Below, one piece after another: positions 28,913-42,919 of a stretch of DNA of 64,000 bases. Position 1 is the stretch's first letter; every line of letters starts with the position of its first letter. The notes beneath the pieces are model-generated. The model worked only from the letters and a program-made list of their open reading frames with translations. It did no database searches and was not told the DNA's origin. The stretch is from assembly GCA_964016885.1 (NCBI GenBank), contig OZ024745.1, positions 21,576,001 to 21,640,000 on the forward strand. The letters run 5' to 3'. The position numbers and the translations under genes were made by a program. This DNA is from Eledone cirrhosa (taxonomy: Eukaryota).

Positions 28913-29129
28913 TGAATTTTGTTGAAATACTTGCTGAGGATTAACACATACTTTTAACTATTGGACCAATGGACTACATTACTCCTCTACTTAGTCTTAG
29001 TGTCATTTATTCTGATTTACTTACACCGATTCATCTTGTAATAATTATGTCACCTTTCCTTTCACAACACTATCACCAAAATTGTGAAGTATTCATCCTT
29101 CATCGCAATTACATTATTTGTACTCACTA

Positions 29130-29560
29130 ACGGCGGGGGATTGGCACTATCGGTAGAGATTCGGATACAATGCTTTATGGCATAGAGTTATGGCTCTTTA
29201 CGTATTGATTTCAAATCTAGCCGAGGTTAGCTTTGCCTTTCATCCTTACGGGTTCGATAAAGTTTCAGTAATGCACTGATGTCGATTTAATCGATTTCAC
29301 CCTCCACAGAAATTGTTAGCTTTGTTCCTAAATCAGAAACCATTATTTGTATTCCTTATGTATCCCTATGGGGGTGGATTGGCAGTATCGGTAGAAGGTC
29401 CGGCGCCATGCTTTGCAGCAAAGTGTTACGGCCTTATATGGTTTGAGTTCAAATCCCGCCGAGGTTAACTTTGCCTTTCATCCTTACGGGGTTGATAAAA
29501 TAAAGCACCAGTAATACACTGGGATAATTGCTGGCCTTGTGCCAAAAGTAGAAACAATTA
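29130..29560 (+). mobile_element. Two adjacent Meta-domain-like SINEs
   Basis: Two heads ggattggca.tatcggtag at ~29138 and ~29376, each followed by the central domain. Confidence 0.8.
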
Positions 29561-29790
29561 TTTGTATCCCTTATTTCTGAACACATACATGGACGAGTAG
29601 TTAAAAAGGTCGCTTGACAATCATGAAGCCCCACACTTAGTCCCGATAGCCCAAGTTTTATGGAAGCTCGTTTGATGGTTTGTACCTGTAATTTACTAGT
29701 GTATATTTGTCATACTGTGTCACACTGATTCAAGAGATTGAGAAATACGTTGAAAGTACTCGTGTCTGTGGAATGCTCAGTCACTTTGCT

Positions 29791-30113
29791 CAGGGTTGGA
29801 TTTAGACATTGGGGGCCCCAGGGCACTTCAGATTTGGGGGACCCCTCACAAACAAAAGATTATAATATACAGCAACTCACCCCTAATTTTACATATCAAA
29901 GTTAGATTGGTGCAAGTAACTGGGATTGAAAGGTTATACATACAGGTATTAAGTTCAAAAGGTCTAACAATCCTAGGATTAAAAAACCCTGTTGGGGGTA
30001 CAAATAAATTGCTATGACCGTCGCTGGTGCTTTCCCCCTACGCACTCTGCTGGGGTAACCGGGGAAATTGCCCCCTTTGCCCCACCCACCCCCACCCATT
30101 TTATCTAGCTCTG
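29791..30113. mobile_element. Degenerate hAT-type MITE inserted in an older SINE
   Basis: Ends cagggttggatttag / ttatctagctctg; GGGGCCCC-type subterminal motifs; flanks actttgct and acttaccc as a possible decayed 8-bp TSD. Confidence 0.5.
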
Positions 30114-30231
30114 ACTTACCCTGATTATTCAAAAGTATGTCGTTTATAGTTCTTTACGTCGATCATATATTTCTACATTAATATTTTCCTGTTCGATTAC
30201 ATACTCGGTAACATTTGAATCACCCTCCTTA

Positions 30232-30410
30232 ATAATTGTTTCTACTTTTGGCAATTATTCCAGTGTATTACTGGTACTTTATTTTATCGACCCCTTAAGG
30301 ATGAAAGGCAAAGTTAAGCTCGGCGGGATTTGAACTCAGAGTGGAAAGGGCCGTAAATTTTTGCTGCAAAGCATGGCGCCCGACCCTCTACCGATACTGC
30401 CAATCCACAG
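30232..30410 (-). mobile_element. Meta-domain-like SINE
   Basis: Same consensus as 25120-25310. Confidence 0.8.
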
Positions 30411-30702
30411 CAGAATTGGCAGAGCTTCGGATAAAATGCGATTAGTGTATTTATTCTGGCTCTTTACATCTGAACATCTGTTTATTGTCTTTTGAACCTA
30501 ATCAACTGTTGGATCTACACCCAGCTTCTCACATATGTGAGATGGTGTTTATTACATGATTACAGCATTAGATTCACGTTTTAATACACCATCAACATTT
30601 CCTACCCGCCTACTGTTTCGATTACTCAGTAACTCAGAATGATACGATAAGGCTAGAGCTGAAGACACGTTTTGCCTTTTCGAACGTACACAACTTTCAA
30701 AC

Positions 30703-30821
<119 letters not shown>

Positions 30822-30893
30822 GAACACTGGAAGGTAATATCCGTAGTGGTAATGGTAGAGCACTCAGTCCGTGGGACGGACGAGTTTGGTAGA

Positions 30894-31027
30894 AGTAGTA
30901 ACACAACGGTTAGTTCACCACACCGAGAACAATTGTTTCACCTTATACGGATCTTCAGTCCGAGCTGAAGATCCGCATAAGGTGATACAATTGTTCTCGG
31001 TACGGTGAACTAATTCTTGTGCTACTA

Positions 31028-31030
<3 letters not shown>
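30894..31030. mobile_element. 137-bp palindrome of two back-to-back HHRs
   Basis: Plus: CCGAG CUGAAGA UCC..GGU GAUA CAAUUG UU CUCGG (30960-31000); the minus arm has intact GAAA but a truncated stem I. Confidence 0.75.
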
Positions 31031-31077
<47 letters not shown>

Positions 31078-31082
<5 letters not shown>

Positions 31083-31566
31083 GTAAGTATGTACACGTAC
31101 ATACATATATGTATACAGACGTACAGGAGTATGTATATATATACATACATGTACACATATATATATGCACGTATAGGTTTACCGAATATTTATCGTTTTC
31201 GGTTCGCCCGGCCGACTAACTCACTCGATATGCAAATTAGGCTGCTCAGCCGTTAATATGCATAAAGAAAGTATACACTTTCAAACGTTCAATCATCTAA
31301 CAGAAAGGTATACGATGCTGACGATAGCTAATAAGCTTGAAACTATTATGTCGTTCCTGTGTTAGTTTTGAACAAAAAAGGCGACGATGGTTGTCAAACA
31401 CTGTACGGCATAATTCGGGATGTTTGTTTACAAACAAACCGAACATTATAATAAATGTTCGGTAAACCTATACGTGCATATATATATGTGTATATGTATG
31501 TATATATATACATACTACTGTACGTCTGTATACATATATGTATGTACGTGTACATACTTACATTTA
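31078..31566. mobile_element. ~115-bp inverted repeats enclosing an HHR-like motif
   Basis: 31078-31192 inverted to 31451-31566; ACGAUG CUGACGA U AGCU-AAUA-AGCU U GAAA CUAU UA UGUCGU at 31312-31354. Confidence 0.65.
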
Positions 31567-31627
31567 AGTATCAGCCCTACTAAGAGTCAGAAATGAAATT
31601 TCGTTTCATCCTTTTCCATTTGTATAT

Positions 31628-32022
31628 ATATCGTTTCTGAATATATTTAGCAAGATTCTTTATCTGAAAACGTGTGTTGAAACCGATATTGTTATACTTT
31701 GGGGAGGTCATGTTGCCAATAAGAAACACACGCACCAAAATTAAATAGAAAACATGAAGGGAATAGCAACATCACATCTTACAATTAAGGACAAAATGAA
31801 AACACACACACATAGAACTAAGGACAAGATGAAAATACACACACATAGAACAACCAACCAACCAGTAACATGTAAATATATGAACAACCGTCCGGTTGTA
31901 GAACCAACCAACCAACCAGAAATTTATAAATTCTTAAATTTATAAATTTAATTTATAATAAATTGGAGTGAAAGCAACTCGTGCGTGTGATTCTTATTGG
32001 CAACGTGACCCTCCCAAAGTAT

Positions 32023-32028
<6 letters not shown>
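31628..32028 (+). mobile_element. Short PLE family B copy: inverted terminus, last codons of GIY-YIG, 3' terminus; HHR region deleted
   Basis: aaattaaatagaaaacatga (KLNRKHE) matches 38285; 31687-31737 inverted to 31978-32028. Confidence 0.8.
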
Positions 32029-32087
<59 letters not shown>

Positions 32088-32274
32088 GATAAATCTACCA
32101 AGAGTTTACGGTAGTGTCTAATCCGTATGAAGAACTCAATGTAATCCGGATATCATGGAAAGAAGAGATGCATTCAAAAATCACTTTCGGTGAAAGATAA
32201 ACGGAATACAGAGTCAAGATAAAATATTAAAAAAATAATGAATAAAACAATTTGTTTTATTCATTATTTTTTTA

Positions 32275-32319
<45 letters not shown>

Positions 32320-32406
32320 GAGTTAAACAAGATTCAATGGTATATCAAAGAATGAGTTATACATTAGATTGGAAGCACTCTACGAAAAATAAATTTTCAG
32401 AGTTAT

Positions 32407-32667
32407 TAATATTAAAATACAAATATTAATAAAATAGATGTTCTTTTGATCAATTACATTTTATTATACATATTTCGGATGTACAACAGTAGTACCTTGA
32501 TTAAATCTTCACCATTTAAATCTTAACCATTTAACATCTCAGGGTATGTCATGTATCATTATATTTTGTCTGATGAGGACTTACTGTTGTACATCCGAAA
32601 TATGTATAATAAAATGTAATTGATCAAAAGAACATCTATTTTATTAATATTTGTATTTTAATATTAT
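32407..32667 (+). mobile_element. ORF-less fold-back element with HHR at 32561-32617
   Basis: 32407-32491 inverted to 32582-32667; AUAUUUUGU CUGAUGA GGA..UCC GAAA UAUGUA UA AUAAAAUGU. Confidence 0.8.
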
Positions 32668-33431
32668 ATATATATATATATATTTCAAGACTATACAGAG
32701 CATTTGAAGTTGTCCCAAATTGAAGGTTGAGTACTTTAGATTTTGTTTTATCATGAGTTAAGGCTCTATTGATTTTTCCCTGGATTTCTCTAAATTCTGT
32801 TGGATAAATCTATATCCTGATTCCTTTTGAATTGAGTCTGAATTATTTTTCCCAAATCTTATGTTAACTATTTTCCCATTTTGACGCTATAGTCGCATAT
32901 ATGTTATGGAATACTGTTAGCTTCTCGCTACAACAATTTCTATACTTTTCATTTATATATATATACATATATATATATAAAATATTACAATTAAAAAAAA
33001 AAGCCTTTGTGAGCCTCCTTTTTTAAGTAAAAAGAAATTCAAACACTCATATATGAAAAAACAACCTGAGCCCCCCCCCCCCCCCCCTTGTTTGAAGAAC
33101 TTTGTAACGCGAACTGGCGCGAAATTTATTATACTTATTGACCAACCAATCAAATTACTTCTCTAGAAACCTGGCGTTTCGAGCCACCTTTTTCCATATA
33201 AAACAAGTAACATTCAAAGACCAACCAGATGTGAGAAAAATCACAGACCCTCCATCTCAACTCTACTTTTGAAAAGCAGAAGAACTGCGAAACCGGTAAA
33301 GGAACAAAATAAATATATATATTTTTTTAAAAATAAGACTCCAGTTGCATTTTCGATTTCATCTTTTTTTCTTTATACTTTCACTCGTGTAGGACACCTC
33401 GGTTATTTTTCATTTTGTAAAAAAACCTCAC

Positions 33432-33501
<70 letters not shown>

Positions 33502-33581
33502 GTGTGTGTGTAGATCCCGAGTTAAATCGGGGTTAATCAGAGTAAATAAGGTAATCAGTAGTGCAAACATCAATCAAGGTG

Positions 33582-33679
<98 letters not shown>

Positions 33680-33689
33680 CATCCATATT

Positions 33690-34050
33690 TCATCTTTAGT
33701 TATCACGGTATTCAAGGACACAACCTCGTCGCTAGCAGAGTGAAAGGGCAACACACGAGAATTACAGCCAGTTCCTTCACAGTGTCAGACACGATACATT
33801 CTGCAAACTCACCAAAAACCATCACACATCAATGAAGGTATGCGGCTCTAGTTTGCACACATTCTCCCCCCGAACGTCAATATTTCCCGCAGAGAAAAAT
33901 TATATAAATTTCTGACAATTATCTCTTTCTCTTCCTACCTCTCTTAACTTTATTCTCCTCTCCTTCCCAGTGAAGGACAAACGTCCGAAACGCTGAAGAC
34001 ACTTCTTTTTTTTTCTTTTTCTACAAGCGTTAATCTAATAATACTTTGTT
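33690..34050 (+). mobile_element. Old PLE relic with decayed minimal HHR (related copy ~35990-36090)
   Basis: aggac-N4-gtccgaaacg at ~33973 and ~36027, followed by aagcgttaa..taata in both; cores mutated (CAGUGA, CUAAUGA); MKVCG..EKNYI-like peptide upstream. Confidence 0.5.
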
Positions 34051-34141
34051 AGAGCATAACATTTATTGCATTTATATTTCTAGACTAGTCGAAATAGCCG
34101 TCGAAACGCTTGAGCTCTGCCGTCGGGGTCATACTTTTTCC

Positions 34142-34179
<38 letters not shown>

Positions 34180-34704
34180 AATGTGTATATACATGTATAT
34201 ATACATTTATATATATACATGTATATATATGTGTGTATATATATATAAATATATATGCATTATATATATGTGTGTGTGAGTGTGTGTGTGTGTGTGGAAT
34301 GGGTTTTTTTTTTAAATTGTACAGCGCTAGAGACTGGAATAGAATGTGTCGGGGTGGACCATTGGTAAAAAAGAAACTTACCGGAATAAATATAAGAAAG
34401 AAAAAATATACAAAAACCCCAAAAACAAAAAAAAATGGCACGACGCAGAATAATTGAGTAAGCACGTGACGTGAGAAGCAGTAGTTGAGGAAATTGATCC
34501 AACCGATCACATTAAGCTAGAGAGCTGGAGGATAGCTTTTTATAGCATTGGGAACCTTTAAGCGAATTAGTGATAAGCTAACGGCTATGTGTATTATAGA
34601 CACAGATAGAGAGGAGGGGGAGAAGATAGGGAAAAAAATTAGATTGTGTGTGTGTGTTTGTGTTATCAAGATATATATATATATATATATATTTCTATAT
34701 ATAT

Positions 34705-34736
<32 letters not shown>

Positions 34737-35049
34737 CTTGATAACACAAACACACAAACACACACACAAGTCTAATGTTTTGTCTATCTATATATATACA
34801 TATATATATATATATAAATATATACACACACACACACATATATATATATATGTGTGTGTGTGTCGGTTGTGTGTGTATGTGCATATATATATATATATAT
34901 ATATGCATATACATATATATACATATATGTACACACACACACACCCACACACACATTTTTGGGGATCGATCGACTTTCGTCAAATCGGACCGAGGAAACA
35001 ATGTTTCCATTGGTCTTTCCAATTGCTAATACTATCTATCGGTCGCAAC

Positions 35050-35353
<304 letters not shown>

Positions 35354-35415
35354 GATGGTTTAGAAAGCAAATGGTGCGTGTGTTTCTTATTGGCAACATG
35401 ACCCTCCCAAAGCAT

Positions 35416-35454
<39 letters not shown>

Positions 35455-35875
35455 TACATATATATATATACATATATGTGTGTATATTATGAACAAATAT
35501 GTCTGTATATATATTCCTATTTAGATTTATAAATAAATATACATGCGTGTATAACAATATATGAGCATTTAAATAAATATATATGTACATATATAAATCT
35601 CTGTGTGTATCTGTGCGTGTCTATGTGTGTGTAAGCACACGGACACACATATGCACACACATAAACATATATATGTATGTATGTAAATGTATGTATATGT
35701 TGATTGTTTTACTGGTTTCAGTCAACATCTTGCGGCCATGCTGTGGCACCATCTTGATTTAGTCGATCTCAATGACCCCAGTGAATATTCTCAGGTCTGG
35801 GACGCGACATAAACACAAGCAGTTACAAAAACGTATCCACATACACCGAAGGTTATACACATATAATAGGCATAC

Positions 35876-35916
<41 letters not shown>

Positions 35917-36138
35917 TAGAGATGTTAATATGAATGGACCTATTATTTTTATCTAAAGATATTCTTTCCAATTCCAACCCGCCCGTCCCCTTAATCTATT
36001 TTATCTCTCATTCTTTCTTCTAATGAAGGACTAGCGTCCGAAACGTTAAGACCCTCTTCCTGCTATATCAAGCGTTAACCTAATATATATCTTCCATATA
36101 CTCTACCGATTGTGTTGTTATTTCTGTTTACCTTTTGC

Positions 36139-36273
<135 letters not shown>

Positions 36274-36988
36274 CAAAGACGCACATGCACACTGACCTTT
36301 TGTTAAGATTTGCCGTTTAAATGGCAAAATGATTTTGCTATCGGAATTGTAAAAGCTCAACCGTAGAGCAGAACATTCTTATCATATCTGCAATCTAGGT
36401 CATGTAAATATATACACTATACTTTAGAGTATTAAGTTGAATAAGGTCTTACTGATCATCTGACATCTTTATATACGGTGGGCATCCAAATCGATTCAGT
36501 CTATGTATTTCGTTCACGGGGAATGGCTCGTCCCCAGAACTGGTAAATGTTCCGGCATATAATGATTGTGAAGCAAATTAGTTACCTATTCGGGCCTGCT
36601 GCGACTCCACGCCTGCCCACAACTGTAGAACGGACCTCAATAATAGAAACAGCATATTAATACGTTCCCGTGTCAACAGCATGTATTGCATTAGCAAGAC
36701 AATGAACTTACTAGGAAAGATGTAATGGAGTCGTGTTGGTGATTGCGTGATGTTGCGATCACGCAATCATGATCTGTATAGAAAAATGTAAAACGGTTGA
36801 TTATGAATAAAGGAATTAGGAATATCTTCATTTGACCTTTGTAATTATCATGATTGTATATATATATACTCGTGTCTCAAATAATAGTGCGGGGTGGAAT
36901 AATCGGGGAGAGGGGAATCGGTAATTTTTCTTGGTTGTCTCTCATTGGTAAGAAAAACAAGTAATCAAATTTCACATTTTATTAATAA

Positions 36989-37615
36989 TTAGTCTTCTAT
37001 ATAATTCCCATCATTATCGATGACTTCCTTACATCTACTCATCAGTTCTTTAATTCTACGAGTGAAAAACCCTTTTGGCTTTGATGAGAAGAAGGAAGGG
37101 AGGTCAGTTTCAGCATCTTTGGGTATTTTTGAATATAAGGCCATCTAAAAGATTCTGTAAACTTCGTAAGAAATGGTAATCAGGAGTGAAGTCCTGGGAA
37201 TAAGGTGGGTGGGTTATTTTGTCACAGTCAAGTTCTTCGATTTTTTTCTGATGTAATCTTTGCAGGATCATGATGAAGCACCACTCCCTTATAGATTCGC
37301 CAAAGCAGGCCTTTTTTCTTCAAAGCAGCACGCAGACGCTCTAGTTGTTGGCAATAGGTTTGAGCAGTAAGTGTTGCATTAGTTGGTAGCAATCCAATGC
37401 AATACCACCAAACAGAAAGAAAGACCTTTTCTGCAGGGAGATCTCTTTTGGGTTGAGGTCTAACATGTTCTCCACTACTAAGCTACTGTCTGCGTCACTT
37501 AGGATTTTCATAAAAGATCCATTTTTCATAATAAAATCTCAAAATGTTGCAACAGAGTTGATAATCAAAGAAACTTTCACTCCATTCAGCAACAGACACA
37601 AGTCAATTCTGCATA
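36989..37615 (-). pseudogene. Mariner (DD34D-type) transposase relic
   Basis: Manual translation: EKWIFYENPK, PQPKRDLPAEKVFLSVWW, TAQTYCQQL, HPPYSQDFTPDYHFLRSLQN (mariner HPPYSPDLAPSDYHLF), VIDNDGNYIED*. Confidence 0.85.
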
Positions 37616-37739
<124 letters not shown>

Positions 37740-37744
37740 TTTCT

Positions 37745-38728
37745 GAGTTTGTTTAGCATAGAATAAAGTCATGGTATGATAGCAATAAATACCAGAGTGT
37801 AATGTTCATCGATACAACCCCTAGAGGTGAATTAGCTTACAAATTTAGAAGGGCCCTAGATAAACATAAACTCAATATTAAGATAGTAGAAAGACCAGGT
37901 ACCTCCATAAAAACACTTATTAGCAAGACATACCCTTTTCAAAGACCTCCCTGTATAGATAAGAAATGTATAATCTGTAAATTAAGCCCCCATATTAACT
38001 GTAAAACTAGAAATGTAGTATATAGCATAAGATGTACTGAAGGACAATGTAGAGATAAAAATATAGTGTACATAGGTGAGACAGCTCGCAGTATAGGGGA
38101 ACGGATAAATAAACACTGGCGAGACCTTCAAGATAGTAAAGAATCATCTGTACTCTACCAACATGCTAAAATAGAACATAAGGCAAAATTAGAAACATAG
38201 AAATAAAAATAGAATCTACACACAGAAAAAGACGCAATGTTTAGATAAATCACAGAGGCAATAAACATAAATGAATTATAACCAAAATTAAATAGAAAAC
38301 ATGAGTGGAACAGCAACATCACAACTTACAATTAAGGACAAAATGAAAACACACACGCACATAGAACAAACAACCAACCAGTAACATGTAAATAAACAAA
38401 TAAATAAACGAATATAAACACACAAGACACCCGGATGTAACACATGCGCAAACTAAGCACACAACACACACACAAAAACAAGATGGCGTAGGACAGAACA
38501 AAGAAGAGGCACAAAAAACAAAGAAAACAATCCCCAGTCACTGAAGAGGTCACAGAATGTCTGACGAAAGAACTTTGACAATATATAAACAATATGCGGT
38601 TGTGGAACCAACCAACCGGAAATTTATAAATTCCTAAATTTATAAATTTATTATAATAAATTGAAGTGAAAGCAAATGGTGCGTGTGTTTCTTATTGGCA
38701 ACATGACGCTCCCAAAGTATAACAATAT
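37745..38728 (+). mobile_element. 5'-truncated PLE (family B) with GIY-YIG remnant 37802-38310
   Basis: MFIDTTPRGELA...CIDKKCIIC...NVVYSIRC...YIGETARSIGERI; frameshift near 38195; paralogous to 2829-3308; flanked by (TA)n. Confidence 0.9.
38537..38579 (+). ncRNA. Minimal type I hammerhead ribozyme
   Basis: GUCA CUGAAGA G GUCA..UGAC GAAA G-AA-C UU UGAC. Confidence 0.75.
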
Positions 38729-38749
38729 ATAAATATATATATATATATA

Positions 38750-38895
38750 GGTAAAAGTTTAACCCCGACGGCAGAGCTCAAGCCATTTCGACGGCTATTT
38801 CTGGACTCTTTTTCCTATTACCCACTCTACTACACTAAGTATTGAGTACTCTGGTGCGTTATGGTCCATCTGGTTCCTTACCACACTTCCTTCGT
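38750..38895. mobile_element. Family G short inverted-segment repeat (also 34088-34141, 42630-42800, 56690-56853)
   Basis: Shared gaaatagccgtcgaaacggcttgagctctgccgtcgggg and aaggaaccagatg..ccataacgcacc..gagtactcaa modules, always adjoining (TA)n. Confidence 0.75.
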
Positions 38896-38947
38896 TATAT
38901 ATATATATAACAGTTCTAGTTCTGTAGAATCTCATCTATATTAAAAG

Positions 38948-38980
<33 letters not shown>

Positions 38981-38981
<1 letters not shown>

Positions 38982-39720
38982 TATTTATTAAAATAACAGA
39001 TTAAAGTTTAAGCAAAGAATCGCTGCTTTCACCCTTAACAGGATCTTCTGAAACTAACAAAGTCAATCTGTAAACGCAGAAGTGGATATTTCAAAAAACG
39101 TTGCAACCGGAGGAAGATAGGAAGACGATACTTTGGTTCGTGGAAACGTTCGCTGGCAAAGAACGGGAAAAAAACGAATATAATACGTCATTAATAGGAG
39201 CGATGAAAAACAATTACGCGCAAAGACAGAACCACGTTTGCGGTATAAAAGAGGTCGTAGACTAATGTTCTCTTAGGTGGTTCATAGAGACGTTCTCTGG
39301 CAATGAACGAAAAAAACGAAGATTACGTGGTTTTGTCTTTGCGTGCTATTGTTCTCCACGCACCACATATGACTTATTATCTTCGTTTTTTCGTTCATTG
39401 CCAGAGAACGTCTCTATGCACCACCTAAGAGAACATTAGTCTACGACCTCTTTTATACCATAAACGTGGTTCTGTCTTTGCGCGTAATTGTTTTTCACCG
39501 CTCCTATTAATGACGTATTATATTCGTTTTTTCCCCGTTCTTTGCCAGCGAACGTTTCCACGAACCAAAGTATCGTCTTCCTGTCTTCCTCCGGTTGCAA
39601 CGTTTTTTGAAATATCCAGTTCTGCGTTTACAGATTGACTTTGTTAGTTTCAGAAGATCCCGTTAAGGGTGAAAGCAGCGATTCTTTGCTTAAACTTTAA
39701 TCTGTTATTTTAATAAATAT
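38981..39720. mobile_element. 740-bp ORF-less palindrome (~343-bp arms) with HHR-like motifs near the outer ends
   Basis: 38981-39323 inverted to 39379-39720 with few mismatches; motif AGUUU CAGAAGA UCCC..GGGU GAAA GCA..UGC UU AAACU at 39646-39696. Confidence 0.85.
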
Positions 39721-39803
39721 TTGCTCTACGGTTCTTATATATTTGATATATATTTATCCTTATCGAGCGCTCTTTGGATTTTAGTCTTCAAATTTATTAT
39801 TAT

Positions 39804-39890
<87 letters not shown>

Positions 39891-39986
39891 TGTATATATA
39901 TATATATAATAATTAAGTCAAATATGTAAAATTTGGCTTCGTTTATTATAAATTATAGATATACTGCTATATATATTTCGGTGACA

Positions 39987-40026
<40 letters not shown>

Positions 40027-40189
40027 TCTCTCATCAGATATCTCCGAAATGTTAAGCGTTAAACTTGAAATATATTTCTTCCATGTAGTGTGTGGTTTGC
40101 TTTATTATTTCTGATTTCTTTTTACGTACACACACATGCGTGTGTATGCATGTATGTATGTATATATATATATATGTGTGTGTGTGTGT

Positions 40190-40271
<82 letters not shown>

Positions 40272-40281
40272 CTGTGTGTGT

Positions 40282-40346
<65 letters not shown>

Positions 40347-40614
40347 TATATTTATCTTAATAAATATCCCCATTTTCCTTTATCACTTCTTACCCAATGC
40401 AATATAATTAATAGGTTTTTAATGATTTCCAACCAATGAGAAACAATTATGTCAGAGCAGTTTTATCAACAAATATTTACTTGGAGGGTAAATATTGTTG
40501 TTTAAACGAAAGAGGGAAAATTTCAGGGGAAATTCTCTCCCTTTCAAAGATATTAAACAACTTATAACAAAGATATTAAACAACTTATAACAAATAACCT
40601 TATATAATTTTTAT

Positions 40615-40692
<78 letters not shown>

Positions 40693-40972
40693 AAAGTATG
40701 TCCATAGAATCATTTGATCAGATATATACACCATCTCCTCTCCCAATCAGCATAATCAACCACACAAAAAACCAATTAAACCAGGCTATAAGATTAAAAG
40801 CACCTATGAAGAAATAATAGATAAATAAACGACAGCCATCTATTCGCGATCAACAGCTATAGAATATTTACCCAGCATTTCAACAGCACGTGGAAATCGA
40901 TTAAATATATCGTCGACCATACACAATTAGGTATAAAATTAAAGTTAGAAGAAACAAATGTATATAGACATA

Positions 40973-41017
<45 letters not shown>

Positions 41018-41019
<2 letters not shown>

Positions 41020-41856
41020 TATGAATAAAGAGTTCAAAACTCAGGCAGTCGTTTACAATGAAATAGCTCAAAGAAAGAAGTATTTCTGAACCGTGTAATG
41101 CAAGATATTATAAATTAATATATATGATAAACACAGATACCAACATATCAGTGTTTGTATTGTAAATGACTAAGTTAGCTAGATTGAAAAATACTAATTA
41201 TAATAATACAGTTTGCCTGTCTCGATTTAAAATAATAAATCAATAAAAACAAACCATATTGGCAAATAGCCGTGGTACTTAGACAAATTTAAATTTCAAA
41301 ATCAAACCTGTTCCGTAGATAAGTTTAAACTTTAAAATCCAAATATGTTTCGATAAATGAAAAAGTGAAAAAGGTGAAAAAATACCACAATCAGATCTCC
41401 ACAGTAAGTACCCTGAAAAATTGGTATGTTTCACTTCAAAATATTTAAAAAGACTGATTAACGCACATGGTCTTTCAGTTTCTAGCTGCCGCATACTCGT
41501 GCTGCTAGAAATAACAGCCGTTTATATGGGGCTAAAGTTAGCTCAACATAAGGAGCAGTAATACTATGAATAAAGAGTTCAAAACTCAGGCAGTCGTTTA
41601 CAATGAAACAGCTCAAAGAAAGAAGTATTTCTGAGCGGTGTAATACAAGATAATATAAATTAATATATATGATAAACACAGATACCAACATATCAGTGTT
41701 TGTATTGTAAATAACTAAGTTAGCTAGATTGAAAAATACTAATTATAATAATACAGTTTGTCTGTCTCGATTTAAAATAATAAATCAATAAAAACAAACC
41801 ATATTGGCAAATAGCTGTGGTACTTAGACAAATTTAAATTTCAAAATCAAACCTGT
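41018..41856. repeat. ~295-bp direct repeats (41018-41311 and 41563-41856) between (TA)n tracts
   Basis: actatgaataaagagttcaaaactcaggcag...aaatcaaacctgt occurs twice with few differences. Confidence 0.9.
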
Positions 41857-42012
41857 ATATATATATATACATATGTATATTTCATATTACATATCTTTAT
41901 CTTAAGCACACCCACACACATACATACGTATATATATATATACGCCAGGTGGTACTATTAAGTTAGACAAGGCCTGGGCCAATACTGGCCGAGACCTATC
42001 AAGTTATCAAAG

Positions 42013-42079
<67 letters not shown>

Positions 42080-42082
<3 letters not shown>

Positions 42083-42452
42083 AGTGAGTAATATTGTAGA
42101 ACAATAAAACTATCCATATATCAGACAAGTAGCACTCAACAGTTGCTAGAACTGGAGTATATATAATAAAGATGAAATAAAAGATGGTTATATGAGTTTC
42201 ATATATTTTATAATACGTATTTCGAATACAAAATCATCCTGGGACAGATATTGTTTTCTCTTCAGATAAAATAAGGTACAATGATATGAGGCATAATAGC
42301 ATTTTTTTTTATAGGAAAGTACTATTATGCCTCATATCATGTTACCTTATTTTATCTGAAGAGAACACAATATCTGTCCCAGGATGATTTTGTATTAGAA
42401 ATACGTATAATAAAATATATGGAACTCTTATAACCATCTTTTATTTCATCTT

Positions 42453-42460
<8 letters not shown>
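42080..42460. mobile_element. ORF-less palindrome of a family D-related terminus with two HHRs (42204-42273 minus, 42348-42417 plus)
   Basis: UAUUUUAU CUGAAGA GAA...GAAA UACGUA U(A/U) AUAAAAUA on both arms; centre ~42310; one-sided tail 42080-42160. Confidence 0.82.
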
Positions 42461-42538
<78 letters not shown>

Positions 42539-42812
42539 ACACACACACCCACTCACACACATACATTAATATATATATATGATATATATATATATAATGC
42601 ATTATACATACATATATATATATATATTACAAAGGAATTGTGGTAAGGAACCAGATGCACCATAACGCACCACAGAGTACTCAATACTTAGGGTAGTAGA
42701 GTTGGAAATAGGAAAAAGTATGACCCCGAAGGTAGAGCATTAGTTCAGAAATAGCCGTCGAAACGGCTAGAGCTATGCCGTCGGGGTCATACTTTTTCAT
42801 ATATATATATAT

Positions 42813-42901
<89 letters not shown>

Positions 42902-42919
42902 ATGCATTATATATTTCAT

